A DNA stretch of 10,147 nt from Campylobacterales bacterium (GCA_011390245.1 JAABSR010000060.1:1-10147), one strand, 5' to 3'. Counted from the stretch's first letter, positions 1-6,735 are shown. A program made the numbers and translations. The notes: generated by a model not told the origin, from the letters alone.

Positions 1-2
1 AA

Positions 3-290
3 GGAAAAACCAAAGGCTTGATGTATATGATAAATCCAAAAATATTTTTATCTATAAAGCATGGAATGAAGCCTAGCCTAAAAACGATGGAAGAGCCACA
101 TCTCAAAGCACTTATAAAAGAGGATTTGAAACTTCACCCCAAAAGCAGAATCTCTGAAATTCACAGTAGGATGGATGATATAGATATTAGCTATTTAAGA
201 AAAGTTGTCTATAAGATGGTTGAAAATGGTGAGCTTTCAAGAGAGGGTGAAAAGAAAAATATGGTCTATTTTTTGGCAAATAAAAAATAA
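3..290 (+). CDS. 3' part of a gene running in from upstream. It encodes a C-terminal winged-helix DNA-binding domain typical of AlbA_2/HATPase_c_4 (RecG-C-terminal-like) putative transcriptional regulators
   Basis: Frame 3 is open from base 3, with no stop before the first Met at 18. The tail ...HPKSRISEIHSRMDDIDISYLRKVVYKMVENGELSREGEKKNMVYFL fits a wHTH pattern (helix, recognition helix, G..R.G...Y.L wing). Stop at 288-290. Confidence 0.4.
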   Translation, partial: GKTKGLMYMINPKIFLSIKHGMKPSLKTMEEPHLKALIKEDLKLHPKSRISEIHSRMDDIDISYLRKVVYKMVENGELSREGEKKNMVYFLANKK

Positions 291-325
291 AAAAAAACAA
301 ATTCAAAAACAAATTTTCACAAAGC
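272..325 (+). repeat. Copy A of a ~30-nt direct repeat (tttggcaaataaa ... caaattttcacaaagc), interrupted by an A-rich 25-nt insertion
   Basis: The 13-mer tttggcaaataaa (272-284) and the 16-mer caaattttcacaaagc (310-325) recur, adjacent to each other, at 576-605 (tttggcaaataaatcaaattttcacgaagc). There is 1 mismatch in the 16-mer. Confidence 0.6.
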
Positions 326-399
326 CCCTTGCAGTGGGACTTTTGAGAGATGGTTTTTGTTTTTTGTAAAAACAAAATTTAAGAGAAATAGCCTCGTAG

Positions 400-428
400 G
401 TCGTAGTGACCCACTACGACATATTTTG
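400..428 (+). terminator. Candidate rho-independent terminator hairpin downstream of the first gene
   Basis: gtcgtagtg-acc-cactacgac forms a perfect 9-bp stem with a 3-nt loop. It is followed by atattttg. Confidence 0.3.
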
Positions 429-453
429 ATAAGCAAACATCAAGAAAGAGATA

Positions 454-609
454 ATGACAATAGACGAAAAAGACTCTTCAATGCGATACGAAAACAGCAC
501 TATTGAATATAAAATCTCAAAAAAAGCTATTGGCAAAAGTGCAGAGTTGAAAGATTTGGCTAAGACTTTTGTGTGTTTGGCAAATAAATCAAATTTTCAC
601 GAAGCTTAG
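454..609 (+). pseudogene. Truncated remnant (51 codons) of the N-terminal AlbA_2-type domain of a paralogous regulator gene
   Basis: The ORF product is MTIDEKDSSMRYENSTIEYKISKKAIGKSAELKDLAKTFVCLANKSNFHEA*. Its motifs E.STIEYK...L.KTFVCLAN match the start of AlbA_2 domains (E..lEfK ... vvAfaN-GG). The ORF ends immediately at the conserved ANxxGG position. It is bracketed by the direct repeat described below. Confidence 0.35.
576..605 (+). repeat. Copy B of the ~30-nt direct repeat. It lies at the truncation point of the AlbA_2 gene remnant
   Basis: See copy A. Copy B lies in-frame over the codons ...CLANKSNFHEA* of the remnant ORF. Confidence 0.6.
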
Positions 610-652
610 TCCTATAAGCAGAGATGCCTACACCACAGAAAGCAGCAACTAA

Positions 653-1537
653 CTAATCATTTATATTATTATAATTTTTTAACATTTTTTGAGCCAATAG
701 CTCTTTTATTATTATTTCTGTTAGGTCACTTTGCAGTTGAAATTCATGTCGTATATCCATCACATACGCTTTTATCTTCATCTCCAAATATGGTTTTTGC
801 TCATTCATTTTGTTTGAAAAAAGAACAACTATAGGCTTATTGAGATATATATATTTTGAAACTTGTGCTGATTCTATAGCAATATTTCGAGCTTTTTCTA
901 TAGAGACATCTATAGGAAGTATAATTTTTGCAACCACTTGACAACTTAACTCTCCTGAGTTTGAATTGGAGAGATTGCTATTCATGATCTCCATATTTGG
1001 AATATGAACAATTGTATCATCAGGTGTTACTATTTGAGTGGCACGAAGTCCTACATTGATGACCTCTCCATAGTGTTCTGCTACTTTTATTTTATCCCCC
1101 ACTTTAAAAGGACGCTCAAAAAGGAGCATCATGCCACCAAATATATTTTTTAGCAAATCTTGTGTCGCAAACCCAACTGCAATAGCCACTGAAGCTAAAG
1201 CACCTATGATCATCTCTTTTGGTGGATGATATATCTCTTTGATAACAATAAATATAAATACAATCCAAAGAAATATTCTTATTATAGGGATGAGTCCTTT
1301 TAGTGATATTCGAAGTTGTGAGCTTTTTTCTGCAAAAAAAGTAAGTGCTTTTGTAAAAAAAGATATAAACAAATAAGCAATAATAAAGAAAAATATTGTC
1401 CATAAGATTTTAGTAAAAGATAGAATACTCAGCAAACTTGCTGGATCTACTTTTGATAAATTATTATCTTGTGAGATATCTACACCAAAGAGTGATTGAG
1501 CCAAGATAGGAGCAAAAAGCAAGTATAGAGTTTTCAT
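653..1537 (-). CDS. MscS-family small-conductance mechanosensitive channel
   Basis: N-terminal signal/TM segments plus three TM helices. The conserved MscS beta-domain is ERPFKVGDKIKVAEHYGEVINVGLRATQIVTPDDTIVHIPNMEIMNSN (compare E. coli MscS FRVGD..G.V..IGLRST.IRT.DGT...IPNSEI). ATG at 1535-1537, 10 nt after the stop of the upstream gene. Confidence 0.85.
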   Translation of the reverse strand: MKTLYLLFAPILAQSLFGVDISQDNNLSKVDPASLLSILSFTKILWTIFFFIIAYLFISFFTKALTFFAEKSSQLRISLKGLIPIIRIFLWIVFIFIVIKEIYHPPKEMIIGALASVAIAVGFATQDLLKNIFGGMMLLFERPFKVGDKIKVAEHYGEVINVGLRATQIVTPDDTIVHIPNMEIMNSNLSNSNSGELSCQVVAKIILPIDVSIEKARNIAIESAQVSKYIYLNKPIVVLFSNKMNEQKPYLEMKIKAYVMDIRHEFQLQSDLTEIIIKELLAQKMLKNYNNIND

Positions 1538-1547
1538 ATCATTAGCC

Positions 1548-2741
1548 CTAGTGGATATAGTTTTTAGATGAAAGATAGTTATGTATTTGATTGTAAATGA
1601 TTGGATTGATATTATATTTTTGTTTTGGTTGAATTAGAAGCCCTTTTTCAAGCATTGGCATAAAAGTATTTCTACACTTATGATTTGACTCACTAGTCAC
1701 AAAAGAGTAATCATGTAAAGTCAGCCCATCATGGATGATTAAAGTCTGTAAAACAAAAAGAACCTCTATAGAAAGATTTTCAATAAAAGATTTATCAAGC
1801 TCATCGATCTGATTTAAGTAAATTTTATTATTTTCTATTTTTTTGATAGATCTAACCCAATATAACAAAGCAAGAGATATATTTCCGCTAGAAAGTTTAT
1901 AAAGCTGTTTGAAGAAATGCTCCTCTAGAGATTCTTGCTCTTTTTCATCGCTATCTTCTTGTAAAAATAGAACCTCAAGAGCTGCAGATTTGTTACGCTT
2001 ATGTATAGTCTCTTTTATATCTTCAAGCTTTAGTAGTTCTACATTAACTTCACTTGTAAAGTAATTTGATATAGAGATTGTTTTATCAAGATATTTCCAA
2101 GATTCTGGTGTAAAAGTACCAACCCAAAGAACTTTTTTAGAAGTATAAGATATAAGCTCAAAGAGTAGTTCTATGGCTTCAAAACCACCAACTTTTTTTA
2201 AAAACATGTGCTGCAAGTTTTCTAAAATTATAATTTTACTATTTTTACTATTGTTGAGATAGTTGATAAAATCTTTATTCGTACGCAAATCTTCTGTTTG
2301 AAGCAAAGAGTTGAAATATCTAAAATATTTCTCTTTTGTGTAGATTTTTTTATCTAGCTCTTCTCTTATGATCTCCATTTCTATATGAGTTTTTAGGAAA
2401 ATATTAAGCATTGATGTAACCCCTGCGCCTTTTTGGGCAACTATTGCACAGCTCACAAACCTATCTTTTTTCCAGTTCTCATAACTGTTTTTTAGTTTTT
2501 CAAGCTCTTTTTTTCTGTTGATGAAAAAATCTGTTTCACATGGGGTGAGTTCATAAAGTTTTTTATACTCATCTGGAAGTTGCTCAAAAGAGTTAGTGAC
2601 ATCTTGCATGAATTCGGAAATTTCAAAAGATATAGGTGTTGTTTTATCAACAACACCTAAAAATATTTTAAGTCTATTAAGTCTTTTTTTAAGGGATTTA
2701 AAAAGAGTATCATTTTTTGAATTCTCTCGTTTTTCAAGCAC
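1548..2741 (-). CDS. 397-aa encapsulin-operon protein with a P-loop NTPase-like (Arch_ATPase/AAA_16-like) fold signature but degenerate Walker A and B motifs. Predicted pseudo-ATPase
   Basis: FINRKKELEKLKNSYENWKKDRFVSCAIVAQKGAGVTSMLNIFL fits the F.gRe.EL..L ... hhhhG..G.GKTsLl pattern of Arch_ATPase/ORC-like NTPases. The Walker A is AQKGAGVTS (Lys replaced by Val). The putative Walker B is KIIILENLQ (hhhhDE changed to ILEN). GTG start at 2741, 17 nt after the encapsulin stop, with AAGG 10 nt upstream. No stop in 397 codons. Confidence 0.55.
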   Translation of the reverse strand: MLEKRENSKNDTLFKSLKKRLNRLKIFLGVVDKTTPISFEISEFMQDVTNSFEQLPDEYKKLYELTPCETDFFINRKKELEKLKNSYENWKKDRFVSCAIVAQKGAGVTSMLNIFLKTHIEMEIIREELDKKIYTKEKYFRYFNSLLQTEDLRTNKDFINYLNNSKNSKIIILENLQHMFLKKVGGFEAIELLFELISYTSKKVLWVGTFTPESWKYLDKTISISNYFTSEVNVELLKLEDIKETIHKRNKSAALEVLFLQEDSDEKEQESLEEHFFKQLYKLSSGNISLALLYWVRSIKKIENNKIYLNQIDELDKSFIENLSIEVLFVLQTLIIHDGLTLHDYSFVTSESNHKCRNTFMPMLEKGLLIQPKQKYNINPIIYNQIHNYLSSKNYIH

Positions 2742-2758
2742 AATCTCTGCCTTATTTT

Positions 2759-3562
2759 TTACTTAAAGTTAAAAATAATAGCTGCTTCAGGACCTAAGAT
2801 TCTCAAAGCACATGTTTGAATCAAAAACAACTCTACGCTATCTTTGTTTATCTTTTCAAACCCAATTGAGACATCCAATCCACTACAAAACTCAAAATCT
2901 CCACCTCTTTGTGAAATAATCATCGCACTGTTGTCACCAATATCTTCACTAGCAACTATTTGATTTTCACCTAATATATCATCTAGCTTTGTTTTTAAGC
3001 TTATACCATCAAAAAACTCAGTGTAAAGCTTTGTCAATGTTGCACTTGAGACCACAAGTTTAAAGCCACCATCAACAAACTCATTGCGAAAAACTCCCAA
3101 GGATTTTGCAACGCTACTAAGAATATCTTTAGTAGATTTTACTTCCATACTCACGACATCTGGATGGTTTATGATTCCTGTGAAACTTGCTTCTTTAAGT
3201 CCTTGAAGTATCATGTTATTTTCTATAGTGGCAAACTCATTTGCAGCATTTGCAAACTCTTCATCATTAAAGTCTTCTATTCCTCTTTTGATGTGCTCAA
3301 TTGCTTCATTGCTGATTGTGAAAGTTTTTTTAATCTCTACCATTTTGATAGGCTCTCTTGTAGAGATTGTAAGACCTTTATCACTACTTACTTTTTTTAT
3401 TCTTTTTGTGAAAACTGCATCAGTTTCAAAGCTATAGTGATCTTTGAAATCAATAAGTGTTCTTAAGCTGAGCCTTTTTGACAAAAACTCAGACATTGTT
3501 TCATCTATCACATTCCAAACCGCACTTGAAAAAGGTGCACTTGTTCTATTGAGTATTTCCAT
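2759..3562 (-). CDS. Family 1 encapsulin shell protein (Linocin M18-like, HK97 fold)
   Basis: 267 aa, alignable along its full length to the T. maritima encapsulin from memory. Start MEILNRTSAPFS versus MEFLKRSFAPLT. C-terminal block SQRGGDFEFCSGLDVSIGFEKINKDSVELFLIQTCALRILGPEAAIIFNFK versus [50 protein letters not shown]. RBS aagga 8 nt upstream of the ATG. Confidence 0.9.
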   Translation of the reverse strand: MEILNRTSAPFSSAVWNVIDETMSEFLSKRLSLRTLIDFKDHYSFETDAVFTKRIKKVSSDKGLTISTREPIKMVEIKKTFTISNEAIEHIKRGIEDFNDEEFANAANEFATIENNMILQGLKEASFTGIINHPDVVSMEVKSTKDILSSVAKSLGVFRNEFVDGGFKLVVSSATLTKLYTEFFDGISLKTKLDDILGENQIVASEDIGDNSAMIISQRGGDFEFCSGLDVSIGFEKINKDSVELFLIQTCALRILGPEAAIIFNFK

Positions 3563-3573
3563 ATTTGTATCCT

Positions 3574-3939
3574 TTATTTCCTATTTTTTCCAATATTAAG
3601 AGTATTTGATGAACTAGAATCAGTAGACTCTTCTTCTCCCATCATCGCTTCTTCATTTCCTACGATATCTCCATCTTTAAACAAAAACTCTCTAAGCATC
3701 TTATCCCAAGTGGGAGAGTTTTTTCTAAGCCACTCTATCCCCATACAAGCATGCTCTATCTCTTCATCACGGTTATGTTCCATGATAGCCTTTGCTTCAG
3801 GGTCGCTTGCACACTCTGCTCTTTGATTGTACCAATCAATCGCTTCAAGCTCTTCCATGGTGCTTTGTATGATTCTATGGTAATCTTTTGCAAAATCTGA
3901 TAACTCTTTTGGATCTTCATGAAACCCTTCATGTGCCAT
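3574..3939 (-). CDS. Encapsulated ferritin-like cargo protein (EncFtn) with C-terminal encapsulin targeting peptide
   Basis: 121 aa. The ferritin-like ExxH di-iron motifs are MEELEAIDWY and HNRDEEIEHA. An acidic/Ser-rich linker is followed by the tail SSSSNTLNIGKNRK, which resembles Family-1 targeting peptides (..L.IGSLK). The gene sits 11 nt upstream of the shell gene. RBS aaggag. Confidence 0.85.
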   Translation of the reverse strand: MAHEGFHEDPKELSDFAKDYHRIIQSTMEELEAIDWYNQRAECASDPEAKAIMEHNRDEEIEHACMGIEWLRKNSPTWDKMLREFLFKDGDIVGNEEAMMGEEESTDSSSSNTLNIGKNRK

Positions 3940-4085
3940 ATCTTGCTCCTTGTTAAATTTTGGTATCCAAAGATAATATCCAATTTATAATTATGTTTGT
4001 ATTACTTCAATAAATTTGGTATTAAGTTTATAAAAGATATCTTATTCATGAGGCTTAGGCTTTAAAAATATTCAAAGGAGAAATC
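3940..4085. promoter_or_regulatory. Divergent promoter region shared by the encapsulin operon (minus) and the coiled-coil gene pair (plus). It holds AT-rich direct repeats and a Fur/PerR-like half-site
   Basis: 146 bp, with no ORF. aaatttt-ggtat (~3955-3966) recurs as aaattt-ggtat (~4012-4022). tttataattatgttt (~3985-3999) matches one half of the 7-1-7 TTATAAT-n-ATTATAA / TGATAAT-n-ATTATCA boxes. There are multiple TATAAT-like hexamers on both strands. Confidence 0.35.
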
Positions 4086-4376
4086 ATGGGAATGAAAGAA
4101 GCATATGAAAAAAAACTGCAAGCTCAGCTAGATGAGTGGGGTGCACAAATAGATACTCTAAAAGCAAAAGCAGATAAAGCTGAAGCAGATGTGCAACTTG
4201 AATATTATAAAGAGATAGAAGAGCTAAGAGCAATGCAAAATGAAGCAAACAAAAAAATTGTAGAGCTCAAAAATGCTAGCGATGATGCATGGGAAGATCT
4301 AAAAGCAGGCATGGATAGTGCTTGGGATTCTCTAAGTATTGCAGTAAAATCAGCAACTTCACGATTTAGTTCATAA
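4086..4376 (+). CDS. Small cytoplasmic coiled-coil protein (uncharacterized conserved family), paralog 1
   Basis: Strong RBS aaaggag 7 nt upstream. 96 aa, predicted all-helical, with heptad-rich EKKLQAQLDEWGAQIDTLKAKADKAEA. The C-terminal motif DDAWEDLKAGMDSAWDSLSIAV is shared with the next gene. Confidence 0.6.
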   Translation: MGMKEAYEKKLQAQLDEWGAQIDTLKAKADKAEADVQLEYYKEIEELRAMQNEANKKIVELKNASDDAWEDLKAGMDSAWDSLSIAVKSATSRFSS

Positions 4377-4382
4377 AGAGGG

Positions 4383-4844
4383 ATGCTGATGAAACTACAT
4401 ATATCTTCAGCTGTATTAGCAGCACTATTGGGAATGAGTACAATGGCTTTTGCAGATGGGCACAAGGGTTCAGCCTCTGCTCAAGATGTAAAAAAAGAGA
4501 CTAAAGAGCTACTTCAAACTATCAATTCATACGGTAGTGATAAAAAAGATGAAGTTCTAGAAAAATCTAAAAAAACTCTTGAAAAATTAGATTCTCAAAT
4601 TGATCAATTAGAATCCAAAGTTGATAATAATTGGGATGAAATGAGTAAAGAGGCAAGAAAAGAAGCTAGAGAAAATCTTAGAGATCTTAGAAAACAAAGA
4701 AATGAAGTCGCACAGTGGTATGGAAGCATGAAAAGTAGTTCTGCTGATGCTTGGGAACATGTAAAAAAAGGTTTTACAGACTCTTATAATGCACTTCAAA
4801 ATGCTTGGGAAAAAGCACAAAAAGAATTTGACGATAAGAAATAA
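4383..4844 (+). CDS. Secreted/periplasmic coiled-coil protein, paralog 2 of the upstream gene
   Basis: Signal peptide MLMKLHISSAVLAALLGMSTMAFA|DG. RBS agaggga. The shared motifs NNWDEMSKEARKEARENLRDLRKQRNE and ADAWEHVKKGFTDSYNALQNAWEKA align to paralog 1. It starts 6 nt after the paralog 1 stop. Confidence 0.65.
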   Translation: MLMKLHISSAVLAALLGMSTMAFADGHKGSASAQDVKKETKELLQTINSYGSDKKDEVLEKSKKTLEKLDSQIDQLESKVDNNWDEMSKEARKEARENLRDLRKQRNEVAQWYGSMKSSSADAWEHVKKGFTDSYNALQNAWEKAQKEFDDKK

Positions 4845-4853
4845 CCTATTGTT

Positions 4854-4892
4854 TGTGCAAGCTATGTAGGATAATCCTACATAGCTTGCACA
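4854..4892. terminator. 39-bp perfect palindrome (19-bp arms around a single central A). Probable bidirectional terminator hairpin or protein-binding site
   Basis: tgtgcaagctatgtaggat-a-atcctacatagcttgcaca lies 9 nt after the stop of the 153-aa gene. There is no U-tract on either side. Confidence 0.4.
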
Positions 4893-4958
4893 TAGGATTG
4901 TTAATCACTTTTTAGTATAATTGGGATAACCAAAAAGATATTGTGGATAGATACTGAG

Positions 4959-5885
4959 ATGATTGACTTTTCCAAAAACCCCCTATTTTTAGCTCCGCTT
5001 GCTGGCTTTAGCGATCTTCCATTTAGATCTGTTGTGAAAAAGTTTGGTGCAGATGTGAGCGTTAGTGAGATGATAAGCTCAAACGCACTAATGTACAAAA
5101 ATAAAAAAACACTAAAGATGATAAAAAAAGCATCTAACGAATCCCCCTATGCTGTGCAGATTGTAGGTGGTGAAGTAGAGCCTATAAAAAAAGCTGTAGA
5201 GTTTTTGAATGAGATTGAGGGGATAGATATTATTGATCTAAACTGTGGTTGTCCAGCACCAAAAGTGGCAAACAACAATCAAGGAAGCTCACTTCTTAAA
5301 GATCTTGATAGGCTAAAAAAGCTTTTAGAGACAATCAAAAAGCACTCAAACAAAAAATATACCTCAGCAAAAGTTCGTATCGGATATGACCAAAAGACTC
5401 CAGTAGATATTGCCAAAGCTGTTGAAGATGCTGGAGCTGATTTCATAGTCGTACATGGCAGAACAAAAAAAGATGGATATAAAAAAGATAGGATTGATTA
5501 TGACTCTATAGCTCTTATGAAAAAGAGCGTAAAGATTCCAGTTATTGCAAATGGAGAGATAGATTCTTTAAGTAGTGCTTTGAGCGTTTTGGAGATTACA
5601 GGTGCTGATGGGCTTATGATAGGTAGAGGGGCTATAGGCAATCCATGGATTTTCCACCAGCTCAAAAGTGGTGAAATGGATGTAAGTAGTGAGTTAAAAA
5701 AAGAGATAATCTTAGAGCATTTCTACAAGATGGTGGAGCATTATGGTGAGTTTGGAGTTGTTATTTTCCGTAAGCATCTACATACATACTCAAAAGGGTA
5801 TAATAGTGCATCACTTTTTAGGGATAATGTAAACTCTATATCTAAAGAGAAAGAGATGGAAGATTTGATAATATCGTTTTTTTAA
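4959..5885 (+). CDS. dus: tRNA-dihydrouridine synthase (Dus family, DusB-like)
   Basis: The motifs NPLFLAPLAGFSDLPFR, LNCGCPAPKV, VHGRTKKDGY and MIGRGAIGNPWIF are Dus/TIM-barrel FMN motifs. The ORF track opens at an alternative TTG (4941). The ATG at 4959 (MIDFSKNPLFLAPLAG) matches the usual Dus N-terminus. A TATAAT lies ~4916-4921. Confidence 0.85.
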   Translation: MIDFSKNPLFLAPLAGFSDLPFRSVVKKFGADVSVSEMISSNALMYKNKKTLKMIKKASNESPYAVQIVGGEVEPIKKAVEFLNEIEGIDIIDLNCGCPAPKVANNNQGSSLLKDLDRLKKLLETIKKHSNKKYTSAKVRIGYDQKTPVDIAKAVEDAGADFIVVHGRTKKDGYKKDRIDYDSIALMKKSVKIPVIANGEIDSLSSALSVLEITGADGLMIGRGAIGNPWIFHQLKSGEMDVSSELKKEIILEHFYKMVEHYGEFGVVIFRKHLHTYSKGYNSASLFRDNVNSISKEKEMEDLIISFF

Positions 5886-5899
5886 ATTAGGAGAGAGAG

Positions 5900-6730
5900 A
5901 TGAAGATTTTATTGAGTATATTTTTGATAGTTGCTGTACTAGAAGCCAAAACGATGATAAATGGTATAGCATTTTTTGTAAATGAAGAGCCAATCACACT
6001 ATATAGACTCTACAAAAAGATAAATGATGAGAAGGTCTCAAGAGATGATGCGATGGAGATTTTGATAAAAGAGAAGCTCCATGAGATTTCTTACAAAAAG
6101 CACAATATAAAAGTAGATGATATTGAAGTAGAGAATCAAGCAAAAGAGATAGCAGATAAAAATAATATGACACTTTTTGAGTTGAGGGGAGATATTATAA
6201 ATAGCGGAATTAGCTGGGGTGAGTATATAGAAAGATTGAGAAGTGAGATGAAAAAAGAGAGGCTATATAATGAGATAGTCTCTGCAAAACTAAGAATCGC
6301 AGATGAAGATGAGCTAAAAAACTACTATGATAAAAATAGAGCTGAATTTGAGATACCCTCAACCATAGATACCATAAAATATTTTTCAAATAGCAAAAAT
6401 GCCCTAGAAGAGACCATAAAAAATCCACTTCTAGCCTCTCAAGATGTAGTAAGAGAGAAGGAAGTAATAGATATAAAAAGTATAAGCAAATCCCTAAGAG
6501 ATATCTTTTTTAGAACTAGGTCGGGAAATTTTACGCCTATATTGCCAATCCAAAATCTTTTTGTGAGCTTCTATATTGTAGAGAAGAGAGGTGTAGAGCT
6601 TTTAGGATATGAAGAGATCAAAGATATGATATTTGCCAAAGTGATGAGCGATAGAGAGAGTGAGCTAATAGATGAGCATTTTAATAGATTGAGGGCAACA
6701 GCAAAAGTAAAAGTTCTAAGACTAGAGTAG
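5900..6730 (+). CDS. SurA-like periplasmic chaperone (SurA N-terminal-domain protein, Cj1289-type)
   Basis: Signal peptide MKILLSIFLIVAVLEA. INGIAFFVNEEPITLYRL matches the SurA N-domain opening (I.AvVN...It..el). DEDELKNYYDKNRAEFEIP is typical of the SurA/PpiD chaperone module. Strong RBS aggagag 14 nt after the dus stop, suggesting an operon. Confidence 0.6.
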   Translation: MKILLSIFLIVAVLEAKTMINGIAFFVNEEPITLYRLYKKINDEKVSRDDAMEILIKEKLHEISYKKHNIKVDDIEVENQAKEIADKNNMTLFELRGDIINSGISWGEYIERLRSEMKKERLYNEIVSAKLRIADEDELKNYYDKNRAEFEIPSTIDTIKYFSNSKNALEETIKNPLLASQDVVREKEVIDIKSISKSLRDIFFRTRSGNFTPILPIQNLFVSFYIVEKRGVELLGYEEIKDMIFAKVMSDRESELIDEHFNRLRATAKVKVLRLE

Positions 6731-6735
6731 TGAAC

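Noticed and set aside
284-298. Poly-A tract (A9) after the first gene's stop, as a possible phase-variation site
   Set aside because: It lies in non-coding DNA after the stop codon. Phase-variable tracts in these organisms are typically poly-G/C within coding regions or promoters.
1116-1403. 95-aa minus-strand ORF overlapping mscS in another frame
   Set aside because: An overlapping-frame artefact within a confident CDS.
3164-3466. Two plus-strand ORFs (100 aa and 74 aa) inside the encapsulin gene
   Set aside because: They lie entirely antisense to a confidently identified CDS. Their products are Cys/Phe-rich low-complexity sequence typical of AT-rich antisense frames, and no RBS is present.
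3756-3983. 75-aa minus-strand ORF overlapping the EncFtn 5' end and promoter
   Set aside because: It overlaps a strong CDS in another frame and extends into the divergent promoter. It has no homology signal.
4205-4820. Minus-strand ORFs (86 aa, 70 aa) antisense to the coiled-coil genes
   Set aside because: Antisense to CDSs that have RBSs and paralog support. There is no independent evidence for them.
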